Shown here: piece after piece, positions 52,629 to 61,878 of the stretch
How the letters are laid out: each line of letters starts with the position of its first letter
How positions within the stretch are numbered: the stretch's first letter is position 1
NCBI GenBank assembly: GCA_964448095.1
Contig: CAYUUT010000004.1
Location: 14,289 to 78,288 of the forward strand
DNA from: an uncultured Candidatus Saccharibacteria bacterium
Lineage (GTDB): Bacteria > Patescibacteriota > Saccharimonadia > Saccharimonadales > UBA10212
Length of the DNA stretch: 64,000 nucleotides
Direction: 5' to 3'
Position numbers and translations under genes: made by a program
The notes under the pieces: model-generated
The model's input: the letters and a program-made list of their open reading frames with translations, nothing else
What the model was told of the DNA's origin: nothing
Databases searched by the model: none

Positions 52629-54023
52629 ATGGACAGAGTTTTGGCAATTGATGCTGACAAAAACATTGATAAGAAAGTCGCAGTTAAAGGCTGGGTGAAC
52701 GTCCGGCGCGATCACGGTAAGCTGATTTTCATCGACCTGCGCGACCGCAGCGGCTTGTTGCAGGTGGTTTTTTGGGGTGGTGGTGACGCCGAGCTATTCA
52801 AACAGGCCGAAGCCTTGCGCTCAGAGTTCGTAGTATCCATCGAAGGCACCGTTCAGAAACGCCAGGAAAATCAAATCAACCCGGATCTACCGACCGGGAC
52901 CGTGGAGCTGGCCGCAGAAAAGCTGGAGATACTAAACGAATCCCAAACTCCGCCATTCGAAGTCACGGATGATACGTCAGAGGTTGGGGAAGAAACTCGC
53001 CTTAAGTATCGCTACTTGGACTTAAGAAGCGAACGCATGCAAAAAAATATCCGTTTGCGCAGCGCATTCGTTCAGAACTGCCGCGAGTTCTTATTCAACA
53101 ACGACTTTGTGGAAATAGAAACTCCGCTATTAACCGAATCAACTCCCGAAGGTTCGCGCGACTTTGTGGTGCCGTCGCGCTTAAATCCCGGAAACTTTTA
53201 CGCCCTGCCGCAATCGCCGCAGCAGTACAAGCAACTGCTAATGATTGGCGGCTTTGAGCGTTATTTCCAAATTGCCCGCGCTGTGCGCGACGAAGACCTA
53301 CGCGCTGACCGCGGTTTTGAGCACAGCCAGGTCGATATCGAGATGTCTTTCGTGGAACAAGAAGACGTGATGAGTACCATCGAGCAAATGATGATTCAGG
53401 TCGTTGAAAAGCTTGGCTATAAGGTGAAAGAAAAGCCGTTTCCGCGCTTTACCTACGCCGAAGCCATGGACAAGTTCGGTGCCGATAAGTTCGACTTGCG
53501 CAGCGAAGAAGAAAAGAAAGACCCCAAATTGCTGGCCTACGCATGGGTTTACAAGTTTCCGTTCTTTGAAAAGACCGAAGCTGGTGACTGGACCTTTACC
53601 CACAATCCTTTTTCTATGCCGGTGCCCGAGCACGTCGAAAAACTACTTAAAAAAGAAGACATAGAAAATATTCTGACCACGCAGTACGACCTGGTTTGCA
53701 ATGGTTATGAATCCGGCGGCGGCTCGATTCGCGCCCATCAGCCAGAAATCTTGAAGGCGGTCTACGAAGTCATGGGCTTCAGCGAAAAAGATCTGGAAGA
53801 TCGCATCGGCCACATGCTTGAAGCTTTCAAATATGGTGTACCGCCGCATGGCGGCATTGCCCTGGGCATTGAGCGCAACTTAATGAATCTGACGGGGGAG
53901 TCCTATTTGCGCGAAGTTCAAGCTTTCCCAATGAGCGGCAAAGGCCAAACCGCCGTCATGAAAGCCCCCAAACCCCTAACCGACGCCCAGCTCAAAGAAC
54001 TTAGCCTCAAAATAATAAGCTGA
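52629..54023 (+). CDS. aspS: Aspartate--tRNA ligase, bacterial-type core but without the GAD insertion domain
   Basis: An OB-fold N-terminus ([26 protein letters not shown]). Class II motifs [39 protein letters not shown] and GGGSIR. Only 464 aa. Confidence 0.9.
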   Translation: [464 protein letters not shown]

Positions 54024-54024
54024 G

Positions 54025-54558
54025 ATGCGACCCAAAGTCTACATTTTTAGGGGAGCTCCTGCGAGTGGCAAAGGAACAATTGTGCCCGAATTTGCCAAAA
54101 AATTACCTAAGCCAGTGGCGTTGATTGAACAGGATAAGCTTCGCTGGGAGTTTCATCTCATCGGTCGTAAAATAGAAGAAGTCGACGACGAAGAACACCG
54201 TTTCGCCTTCGAAAATACACTGCTGATTTATGAGCAATATCTGAAGAGGCATAAGTACACCATCATTTTGGAAGGCTTATTTACCTGGGATGACAAAAAT
54301 GCCAGCCAGGGCAATGTCAGACAGTTGGCAGAATTAGCTATGCGCTACGATTTACCCTGGACTTCTATTGTTCTAGTCGCGGATAAGGAAGAGCTGCTCA
54401 AACGTAATTCAGCTCGGGAGTACGCGGTACCATCTGGTGAGTTCAACATGCTCTACGAAAAAATTTACACTATGATTGATCCATCAGAAATTGTAATTAA
54501 TTCCACCGGAAAAACTGCCGGGGAAACTCTTAAAGAACTCGACCTCAAGATTACTTAA
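54025..54558 (+). CDS. P-loop kinase-like protein (AAA_33/zeta-toxin-like fold), substrate unknown
   Basis: Walker A FRGAPASGKGT. 177 aa. Confidence 0.6.
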   Translation: MRPKVYIFRGAPASGKGTIVPEFAKKLPKPVALIEQDKLRWEFHLIGRKIEEVDDEEHRFAFENTLLIYEQYLKRHKYTIILEGLFTWDDKNASQGNVRQLAELAMRYDLPWTSIVLVADKEELLKRNSAREYAVPSGEFNMLYEKIYTMIDPSEIVINSTGKTAGETLKELDLKIT

Positions 54559-54569
54559 CAAGTTAAGTA
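54552..54569. repeat. Perfect-core copy of the recurrent palindrome (TACTTAAC-AA-GTTAAGTA)
   Basis: Identical 18-mer to 31633-31650. It contains the TAA stop (54556-54558) of the kinase-like CDS and is followed by TTTATT. Confidence 0.85.
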
Positions 54570-54588
54570 TTTATTCTGCGGTATCATA

Positions 54589-55347
54589 GTGCTAATGACT
54601 TGGCATCAGTTGCTGCCCTATGTAATATTTGTCGTTACGTTTATCGCTAGCGTTCTGTCTGGCATGGCGGGCGGGGGCGGGGGATTTATAATTACCCCTT
54701 TTTATATTGCCATTGGGTTAACTCCTCAGCAATCCATCGCAACCGGTAAGCTGGGCGCACTAGGGCTGGATGCCGGCGCCATCGCGGCTCTCCGAGGCAA
54801 AATCAAAGAATATAAAAACTTTACGTTCCTACTGATACTGATTGCTATCTTGGTAGGGTTTTTGTCTAGCTATTTTATTAGAAACATTAAAAACGAAAAT
54901 CTGCAGCTGGTAATGGGAATTATGAACTTGGCGATGATCCCGCTGATGTTTATCAAACACCGCGGGCTTAAAAGCCGCAAAGGCCATTACGTTTTTAGAA
55001 CGCTCGGTGTGCTGGTTATCGTGACTGTTTTGCTGCTGCAGGGTACTTTTAGCAGCGGCATCGGCTCGCTGGTAAATGTTTTCCTAATCCTTCTCTTTGG
55101 CTATTCGGCGCTGGAGGCCAACCTGATTAAACGGCAAACTTCCATAGCCTTGGATGTTGTGGTGCTGGCCGGCTTGCTGGGCAGCGGGCTCATAAATTAT
55201 AAATACGGCCTGATTGGCTTGGCTGGCGGTTTGTCCGGCGGTTATCTTGGTTCTAAGTTTGCACTGCATGAGGGTGAAAAATTTGCCCGCTACGCGTTGG
55301 TGGCCTTCATGCTGGTTTCCGGCATCTGGCTGGTGGCCGCTGCCTAA
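54589..55347 (+). CDS. TSUP (TauE/SafE) family membrane transporter
   Basis: 7-8 TM helices with the internal duplication and G-rich motifs (GMAGGGGGFIITP) typical of TauE/SafE. The start may be the ATG at 54595. Confidence 0.8.
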   Translation: MLMTWHQLLPYVIFVVTFIASVLSGMAGGGGGFIITPFYIAIGLTPQQSIATGKLGALGLDAGAIAALRGKIKEYKNFTFLLILIAILVGFLSSYFIRNIKNENLQLVMGIMNLAMIPLMFIKHRGLKSRKGHYVFRTLGVLVIVTVLLLQGTFSSGIGSLVNVFLILLFGYSALEANLIKRQTSIALDVVVLAGLLGSGLINYKYGLIGLAGGLSGGYLGSKFALHEGEKFARYALVAFMLVSGIWLVAAA

Positions 55348-55422
55348 ATCTACGACGCCCAGAACAGAGCTCGCAATAAATAGATGGTGGTGCTAATCTA
55401 AAATTATAAATAAGGAGGCAAT

Positions 55423-55716
55423 ATGACCAGCGTAATTATTTGGGGTTTTGTAGCCGGTGTACTGGCGGGAGGTGGTTTGCCACACTTTGTCAGCGGCATA
55501 ATGGGGAAGGCCTATCAGACTCCGTTTGGTAAGCCCAACTCTCCCGGTGTTAATGTGGTCTGGGGTTGGCTCAATTGGGTTGTAGCGGTGCTGGTATGGC
55601 ACATCGCGCCGATGCGCCTTCACCCGCGCGCCGCGTTCGTGGCTACTGCTCTAGGAGTACTACTGGTAGGCTTAATGCTAACTTACCGGGTCAAAGGTTC
55701 GCAGCACAGCAAATAG
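55423..55716 (+). CDS. Small three-TM membrane protein, unknown function
   Basis: 97 aa, hydrophobic, with a strong RBS AAGGAGG 7 nt upstream. Confidence 0.55.
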   Translation: MTSVIIWGFVAGVLAGGGLPHFVSGIMGKAYQTPFGKPNSPGVNVVWGWLNWVVAVLVWHIAPMRLHPRAAFVATALGVLLVGLMLTYRVKGSQHSK

Positions 55717-55731
55717 ACTTAAACGTGTCTG

Positions 55732-55773
55732 AATGCAACAACACAGCTACTTTAGTGGCTGTGTTGTTGCATT
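55732..55773. terminator. Very stable 19-bp hairpin between convergent genes (bidirectional terminator candidate, no U-tract)
   Basis: AATGCAACAACACAGCTAC - TTTA - GTGGCTGTGTTGTTGCATT, with 18 Watson-Crick pairs plus one G-U. Confidence 0.5.
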
Positions 55774-55783
55774 GCACTGATTA

Positions 55784-55954
55784 TCAGCCCCAATTAAAAG
55801 TTTGGCCGAGTAACCAGATCGAAAAACAGATTGCTATAAAAAACAATCCTAAGCCCACGGGCGAACCCCAGCTAAACCACGAGCCCCAGGAACGCCAGTG
55901 TTTCATGTGGTCCTCGTACCAGTGCTTTTGCTCTTCTGTTATTTCTTTTGCCAT
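55784..55954 (-). CDS. Unannotated small membrane protein (56 aa)
   Basis: Below the ORF-track cutoff. Hand translation gives MAKEITEEQKHWYEDHMKHWRSWGSWFSWGSPVGLGLFFIAICFSIWLLGQTFNWG, with one TM helix. It ends just before the hairpin. Confidence 0.4.
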   Translation of the reverse strand: MAKEITEEQKHWYEDHMKHWRSWGSWFSWGSPVGLGLFFIAICFSIWLLGQTFNWG

Positions 55955-56135
55955 AGAAAATCCTATCTTAAATTATTTGATGTAAGCAGACTTAACGACC
56001 ATAAGTTACTGCCCATCTGTGGTGGCATTTGTGTCCGGTTATGTTGTTCGCAAGATGGAGAGCGCATAACGCCAGCTGGACTGCCAAACTAATCCTATTT
56101 AACCATTTTTCTTACTTTAGCGATACAATTAACTC

Positions 56136-56507
56136 ATGAGCAAAAAGGTTATAACATCCGATCCGTCGCTCCCATTCTCAGAAATAGTAATTAGCAATGG
56201 ACTGGCTTATGTGTCCGGCCAGGTTTCAATTGATGATAAAGCCAACCTAATAGAAGGTGATATAGAAGCCCAAACAAAAGTTACATTGGACAATCTCAAA
56301 AGCGTCTTGGCTAAAGCCGGATTAAGTTTGGAAAACGTCATACGCACCGGATGTTATTTATTGAATCGCGAAGACCTGCCGGGTTTTGCCAAAGTCTATG
56401 CCGAATACTTTACGGCCGACAAGCCGGCCCGTTCCACTGTCTTTATCTCATCATTACCGATTGAAGGAACTATCGTTGAAATAGATGCGGTTGCCGTTAC
56501 GGAATAA
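56136..56507 (+). CDS. RidA/YjgF-family reactive-intermediate deaminase
   Basis: GLAYVSGQVSID... and PARSTVFISSLPIEGTIVEIDAVA are typical of the RidA family. 123 aa. Confidence 0.85.
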   Translation: MSKKVITSDPSLPFSEIVISNGLAYVSGQVSIDDKANLIEGDIEAQTKVTLDNLKSVLAKAGLSLENVIRTGCYLLNREDLPGFAKVYAEYFTADKPARSTVFISSLPIEGTIVEIDAVAVTE

Positions 56508-56533
56508 AAAATGAGGGTTTTGGGTTTCTAAAT

Positions 56534-57325
56534 ATGGAACGAGTTGCTATTAAAAACCGGCAGGGGCTCAAGCTTGTTATTCGAGTTGATGCACCTAAAA
56601 ACCCAAGCAATCTAGTTTTTATCGGTCATGGGCGCGGCGGATTTATGGCGCAAAAACATATCAAAGCTTTTGCCAAGGCTTTTCTGGAAAATAATTTTAG
56701 AGTAGTCCGGTTCGACTCGACGAACTCAATCGGCGAAAGTGAAGGCGACATGCTCAATCTCACCTACGATACGTATTTAGCCGACCTGGAGGACGTAATT
56801 AATTGGGCGCGAACCCAGCCGTGGTTCCAGCATCCGTTTAGCCTTTGTGGCCAAAGTATGGGTGCGCAAGCTGTCGCCTGGTACGCTGAGCAGCATCCGG
56901 AGGAAATAAAATACCTGGCTCCTATAGCACCAGTAGTAAATTTTGAGCTCTGGTCTAAAACCTGGCCGGCCGGATATCTTGAAAAATGGCAGGCCGACGG
57001 CTATGTGGCGGAAGCTAGCCAGTCTAAGCCCGGGGTTATTGGCAAAACTGGTTGGGGGTTGGCTGAAAGCCAAAAAAGATACGATTTATTGCCCTTGGCG
57101 CATGAGCTGACTATGCCAGTGTTTTTCATGGCTGGCGAATTCGATCAGCCATGCCCAGCCAAGAACCAGCAAGTTCTATTTGACGCCATTCCCAGTAAAA
57201 ATAAGAAATTCGTAAAAATTGCCGGCGCCGAGCACGGCTTTCGTAATAACCAAACCCAAACTTATGGCAAAGAATTGGAAGAAGCCAAAACTGCCCTTAG
57301 CGACTGGCTCAAAGCACGAGTATAA
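56534..57325 (+). CDS. Alpha/beta-fold hydrolase
   Basis: Nucleophile elbow CGQSMGA (GxSxG) and a C-terminal GAEHGF histidine region. Confidence 0.75.
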   Translation: MERVAIKNRQGLKLVIRVDAPKNPSNLVFIGHGRGGFMAQKHIKAFAKAFLENNFRVVRFDSTNSIGESEGDMLNLTYDTYLADLEDVINWARTQPWFQHPFSLCGQSMGAQAVAWYAEQHPEEIKYLAPIAPVVNFELWSKTWPAGYLEKWQADGYVAEASQSKPGVIGKTGWGLAESQKRYDLLPLAHELTMPVFFMAGEFDQPCPAKNQQVLFDAIPSKNKKFVKIAGAEHGFRNNQTQTYGKELEEAKTALSDWLKARV

Positions 57326-57333
57326 TTTAAGTT

Positions 57334-58119
57334 ATGGCCGAAGAGCCTGGCGGGGAACAAAACCCACCAGAAAATTTGCCGGAAGCTGCGCAGCCATCAA
57401 CTGCCGATTATGAGAAGTTTGCCCAGCCGGAAAAACCAATCCGCAATTGGACTAAGGTTTTTACGATTTTTATCGTCGTTTTGCTGCTGCTGGCAGCCAG
57501 TGCTGGTACCTACTGGTTCGTAAAGAATCATAAATCAGCCAAACCCCAACCGGCTGTAGCCACCCAGACCGCACCCGCCAAAATTAGTAATCCCACTAAA
57601 AGTTACACCTCGCCCAATCTATACTTAACTTTTAGTTACCCATCCAATTGGACAATTGTTGATACCGGCGGTGGTGTCATGACGGCTACTTCGCCGACTA
57701 CGCAGCTAAGAGATACTACCGGCCAAAACGTTAACGGCAAAATTACCATGACCATCCGCACTAGCGCTCAAACTTTGCCCGGCTTTACGGCCGGCAATGC
57801 CACGGCTGTAATTGCCTCGCAAAAAATCGCCTATACTCATCCGACCCAAACCCAGCGAGCTAATACTTATGTGAGTTTTCTGACTTATGCCAGCACTACA
57901 AAGCCCGATGGGTTGGACGCCATCTACATCAGCGCTGATAATGGCTACACCGTAGGCCAGGCCATCCCCCAAGCCGACTTAATACCTGTTAGCCCGATAA
58001 TTAGCCTGACCTTTAGTGATAAAAGCGGTAAAGCCACGACAATCAACGCCAGCAGTTGGAGTGACTCAAGCTTCTCAGCTCCGATATTGGCAATACTCGA
58101 ATCGTTCTCTATCACCTAA
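57334..58119 (+). CDS. Membrane-anchored extracytoplasmic protein, unknown function
   Basis: A TM helix (VFTIFIVVLLLLAASAGTYWF) followed by a Thr/Ser-rich beta domain. Confidence 0.5.
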   Translation: MAEEPGGEQNPPENLPEAAQPSTADYEKFAQPEKPIRNWTKVFTIFIVVLLLLAASAGTYWFVKNHKSAKPQPAVATQTAPAKISNPTKSYTSPNLYLTFSYPSNWTIVDTGGGVMTATSPTTQLRDTTGQNVNGKITMTIRTSAQTLPGFTAGNATAVIASQKIAYTHPTQTQRANTYVSFLTYASTTKPDGLDAIYISADNGYTVGQAIPQADLIPVSPIISLTFSDKSGKATTINASSWSDSSFSAPILAILESFSIT

Positions 58120-58166
58120 GTTGATTGGCAAAAACTGGGGCAGAGCTTATAGTTTATGTTTGTACT

Positions 58167-59864
58167 ATGCAAGATAAACCAGCAGCTTCAAGCGATGCTA
58201 TAAAACCGGTCAGCAGCAACGCGCAAGCGCCGCGGCCGGGACAAACAAAAATCCGATGGCGGCGCCTGCGCCAATTTAAAACTTGGTATGGTAGCCACAA
58301 AAAATGGTCCGTACCCCTAACGATTATTATCGTCTTTGCAGTTCTGGCAGCTGTGCCTTGGGCGCGCTACAACATCGCCGGTTTGTTTATCAAAAAGGAT
58401 TTTTCGGTTGAAGTCACCGATTCTACCGCCCAAACGCCGGTTAGCGGCGCGTTGGTCAGCATTGATGGCAGCAGCGCCACTACTAACGGCTCTGGCCGGG
58501 CGACACTCACCAAAGTCAAAGCTGGCAACCATAGTGTTAGGGTAAGCAAAAAATATTATCAAGCCAAGACAACAGAGCTGACAGTGCCGATACTTAGCAA
58601 AAAATCCGCCCCAACCGTATCGCTCGTAGCCACTGGTCGCCAAGTTAAAATCACGGTTACCAATCTAATCACCAAAAAGCCACTAGCTAATGTCGATATT
58701 GAAGTGGCTGATACCACAGCTAAAACTGACAACCAAGGCAACGTCCTATTAGTGCTGCCGGCGAGCGCCAGCAGCCAAAAGGCCACGCTAAGCCTAGACG
58801 GTTACAATGATGCCACAGATACTGTAGAGGTAAGCAACACCAGCATTAAGGAAAATAATTTCCAGCTAACTCCTGCTGGAAAAATCTACTATCTTAGTAA
58901 CAGCTCCGGTAGCTTGGATGTTATGAAAGCTAACCTAGACGGTAGCGGCTCCCAGGTTGCCATAGCTGGCACTGGCACCGAGCAGGCCGCGAATACTTCT
59001 TTGCTGGAATCGGCCGATGGTAAATACGTGGCGCTGGTAGCTAAGCGCAGCGCCAGCGATACCACACCGCAACTTTACGTGCTGTCTGCGATAGACGACA
59101 AGCTATTCCCGATAGACAACGGCGATGCTATCTTCCAGATGTACGACTGGGCTGGCGATAGCCTAATTTACACCGACCAGCGTCAGGACCTGCCAACCTG
59201 GCAACAGGGAGCCAGCAAAATCAAAGCCTACAACGCAGCGACCGGAACCACTACTACTTTGGATCAGGTGGTTGGTAGTGATGCCGCGACCAACTCAAAT
59301 GAATATTATGCGGAAGTCATGGTTACGGCCAACAGCGTAATCTATGGAAAAATCTGGCAAGGTAGTGGTGACTTTACTGCCAAGCAAAATAGTCTGCAAA
59401 CAGTTGGCGTGAATGGCCAGAACCACCAGGTTCTGGCCAACTACAATGTGGCCAACAATGTTTACTTCTCACAACATAGCCCGGATACGATTTACATCTG
59501 GCAGCATGCTGCGGACACAGGAGCGGACACTTATTCTCAATACAGTGCCGGCGGTAGCCTCAAAACTATCAGCATAAGTAATGACCAGTTCTACCAAGGC
59601 CAAAACAGTTACTTCTTTTCGCCGTCGCGCCAGCAAACTTTTTGGAGCGAAGCCCGCGATGGCAAGCAGACATTGCTGATTGGCGACCAAAGCGGCAATA
59701 GCCCCACGACCATAGCCTCGCTAAGCGATTACAGTGCCTATGGCTGGTTCGGCGATCAATACCTGCTTGTGAACAAGGATAACAGCGAACTGGATATCAT
59801 GAACTCTAAGGGTGGCACACCGATAAAAATCGGCAATTACCTAACTAGCAGCTTTGCTTACTAA
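58167..59864 (+). CDS. Membrane-anchored protein with two CarboxypepD_reg/PEGA-like domains and a TolB-like beta-propeller region
   Basis: A TM helix (VPLTIIIVFAVLAAV). VEVTDSTAQTPVSGALVSIDG...GNHSVRVSKKYY and ITVTNLITKKPLANVDIEVAD...TDNQGNVLLVLP. DGKYVALVAKRS-type PD40-like repeats. The ORF-track start (TTG at 58125) is also possible. Confidence 0.55.
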   Translation: MQDKPAASSDAIKPVSSNAQAPRPGQTKIRWRRLRQFKTWYGSHKKWSVPLTIIIVFAVLAAVPWARYNIAGLFIKKDFSVEVTDSTAQTPVSGALVSIDGSSATTNGSGRATLTKVKAGNHSVRVSKKYYQAKTTELTVPILSKKSAPTVSLVATGRQVKITVTNLITKKPLANVDIEVADTTAKTDNQGNVLLVLPASASSQKATLSLDGYNDATDTVEVSNTSIKENNFQLTPAGKIYYLSNSSGSLDVMKANLDGSGSQVAIAGTGTEQAANTSLLESADGKYVALVAKRSASDTTPQLYVLSAIDDKLFPIDNGDAIFQMYDWAGDSLIYTDQRQDLPTWQQGASKIKAYNAATGTTTTLDQVVGSDAATNSNEYYAEVMVTANSVIYGKIWQGSGDFTAKQNSLQTVGVNGQNHQVLANYNVANNVYFSQHSPDTIYIWQHAADTGADTYSQYSAGGSLKTISISNDQFYQGQNSYFFSPSRQQTFWSEARDGKQTLLIGDQSGNSPTTIASLSDYSAYGWFGDQYLLVNKDNSELDIMNSKGGTPIKIGNYLTSSFAY

Positions 59865-59883
59865 TAGTGTAAATTTATAAGAC

Positions 59884-60468
59884 ATGCGTTACCGGACAGA
59901 CCGGCTCGATGAGCACGTAATTGAGCTGCTGCAAAACGGCGGCGTTGGTTTTATGCCCAGCGATACGATTTATGGCTTGTCTTGCCGGGCCTTAGACGAG
60001 CAAGCCGTTGAGCGAATCTATGCCTTGAAGAAACGTGATTCCGAGAAACCCCTAATTGTTTTAATCGCTACAATTTCGCAGCTGGATGAACTAGGCATTA
60101 AAAGAGACCAGGCAAGCCTAGCTGAGCAATATTGGCCTGGAGGTCTAACTCTAGTTTGTGAAGCGCCGGGAGCGCCGGCCTATCTGCATAGAGGAACTCA
60201 GAGCTTAGCGGTACGTTTACCTGATAATAATGACCTGCGAGATTTTATGCTAAAAACCGGACCGTTAGTGAGCACTAGTGCCAATACCCAGGGAGACGCA
60301 ATCGCTAGTTCAATTAAAGACGCCGAAACTTATTTTGGGGAACAGCTGGATTTTTACGTAGACGCCGGCGATTTGTCGGAGCATAAACCGTCAACTCTGG
60401 TACGGGCGGTAAATGGTAAGCTGGAGGTAGTAAGAGAGGGAGCAGTTAAAGTCAAGGAGGATTTATGA
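59884..60468 (+). CDS. tsaC: L-threonylcarbamoyladenylate synthase (TsaC/YrdC family)
   Basis: GGVGFMPSDTIYGLSCRA, IYALKKRDSEKPLIVLI and STSANTQGD motifs. Confidence 0.85.
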   Translation: MRYRTDRLDEHVIELLQNGGVGFMPSDTIYGLSCRALDEQAVERIYALKKRDSEKPLIVLIATISQLDELGIKRDQASLAEQYWPGGLTLVCEAPGAPAYLHRGTQSLAVRLPDNNDLRDFMLKTGPLVSTSANTQGDAIASSIKDAETYFGEQLDFYVDAGDLSEHKPSTLVRAVNGKLEVVREGAVKVKEDL

Positions 60469-60788
60469 CGTTTAATGATTATCAGAAGAAAGCCATGACC
60501 ACAGCGATTGACGAGGGCAGTGAACTTGAACAAAGAGTCCTGGGTCTAGTCGGCGAAAGCGGAGAGATAGCCGACAAAGTCAAGAAGTGGTATCGCGACC
60601 AAGGTGGGGATTTGGCCAAATTGGATAAAAAAGACCTGGCGGCCGAGCTGGGCGACGTACTCTGGTATGTTGCAACTTTTGCCGATTTTCTGGGCTACAA
60701 TCTAGACACTATCGCTCAAGAAAATATCGCCAAATTGGCCAGGCGAAATCAACGCGGGAGACTAACAGGCAGCGGCGATAACAGATAA
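60465..60788 (+). CDS. MazG-like nucleotide pyrophosphohydrolase
   Basis: ExxE-type helices (LVGESGEIADKV... ELGDVLWYV). Confidence 0.8.
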   Translation: MTFNDYQKKAMTTAIDEGSELEQRVLGLVGESGEIADKVKKWYRDQGGDLAKLDKKDLAAELGDVLWYVATFADFLGYNLDTIAQENIAKLARRNQRGRLTGSGDNR

Positions 60789-60795
60789 AAATAAA

Positions 60796-60813
60796 TACTT
60801 AACGAGCTAAATT
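60796..60813. repeat. Degenerate copy of the recurrent palindrome (TACTTAAC-GA-GCTAAATT)
   Basis: The left arm is perfect and the right arm is eroded, giving 4 mismatches overall. Flanked by AAATAAA and TTTTTTATT, between the convergent stops at 60788 and 60816. Confidence 0.45.
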
Positions 60814-60815
60814 TT

Positions 60816-61463
60816 TTATTCGGAATGGCGGGTTAGTTTTTGCGGATTGTTGTCCAGGCTTTGCCATAAATACCAGCTGGCTACGGATTCGTACGGGTGC
60901 CAGCTATTCTTGTTGGCGATAGTGATAATTTGCTCTGGAGATGGCAATTCCTTGAGGCTGTACATGTTTTGGATAGACTTACGGATACCCAGATCGCCAA
61001 CCGGCAAGATATCCAAGCGGCCCAAGCCGAACATCATGAACATATGGGCGCTCCACTCACCAATGCCCTTAACAGCCGTTAGCTGCTCTGTCAGCTGTTC
61101 GTTGGGCATAGTTGATATGTGCTCCAGGTCCAGCCGCTTGTCCAGAATGTGCGCTGCCAGGTCCTTCATGTAGCCGATTTTGGGATAGCTTACGCCGCAA
61201 GCCCGGATTTTATCGGCGTCCATATTGATTAATTGCTGAGGGGTAGGCATTTTGCCGCCGAATAAATCTAAAACTCGCCGCCAAATAGTACCTCCGGCCT
61301 TAGTGCTGAGCTGCTGGCCAACAATGCTGCTAACCAGCTCACCGTAGTGGTCCGGGTGCGGTTTTATGCGGCACGGGCCGCTGTTTTTTATAACCGGTGC
61401 CAGTTTTTTATCATGGGCAGTCAGATATTTTTCGGCCTGGCGTAGTTTTGAATCGAAAGTCAC
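60816..61463 (-). CDS. DNA-3-methyladenine glycosylase II (AlkA-like, HhH-GPD superfamily)
   Basis: HhH motif LTAVKGIGEWSAHMFMMFGLGRLDILPVGDLGIRK with the catalytic Asp context. Confidence 0.82.
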   Translation of the reverse strand: MTFDSKLRQAEKYLTAHDKKLAPVIKNSGPCRIKPHPDHYGELVSSIVGQQLSTKAGGTIWRRVLDLFGGKMPTPQQLINMDADKIRACGVSYPKIGYMKDLAAHILDKRLDLEHISTMPNEQLTEQLTAVKGIGEWSAHMFMMFGLGRLDILPVGDLGIRKSIQNMYSLKELPSPEQIITIANKNSWHPYESVASWYLWQSLDNNPQKLTRHSE

Positions 61464-61491
61464 GCTATTATTAAAGCAGATAATAGCGCTT

Positions 61492-61878
61492 ATGAACTCA
61501 AGTAACCCACAACAACCACAAGCTCCACCAGTCCAACCGATTCACGATGTGGCGCCACCACCTACTAACTCGCTGGGCAATCCGGAAAACCTGGCTAACA
61601 TACCGGTGCATCAAGCTCCAGGCGAGCAACCGCCGACCAGCCAACCACCTGTGGCTCAAATGTCAGCGCAGACCCAAGCTCAATCAGCCCAGGCTCAGCC
61701 CCAGGCCGAAGATATAGACAAAGTTCTAAAGGACGTTAACAAAGACGTTAAAGCTGAAGATAAACCTAAAAAAGTCCAAAAGTCCTCCAGCAGGCCAATT
61801 TTGGCGATCACCATGGCAATAATTGTCGGGTTGGCGCTCTCCGCGGCCGCCTATTACGCCTACAGCTCGGCTAATTAA
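61492..61878 (+). CDS. Pro/Gln-rich low-complexity protein with C-terminal TM anchor
   Basis: MNSSNPQQPQAPPVQP... followed by ILAITMAIIVGLALSAAAYYAY. The ORF-track start (61366) would overlap the alkA-like gene by 98 nt, so I prefer the internal ATG at 61492. Confidence 0.5.
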   Translation: MNSSNPQQPQAPPVQPIHDVAPPPTNSLGNPENLANIPVHQAPGEQPPTSQPPVAQMSAQTQAQSAQAQPQAEDIDKVLKDVNKDVKAEDKPKKVQKSSSRPILAITMAIIVGLALSAAAYYAYSSAN

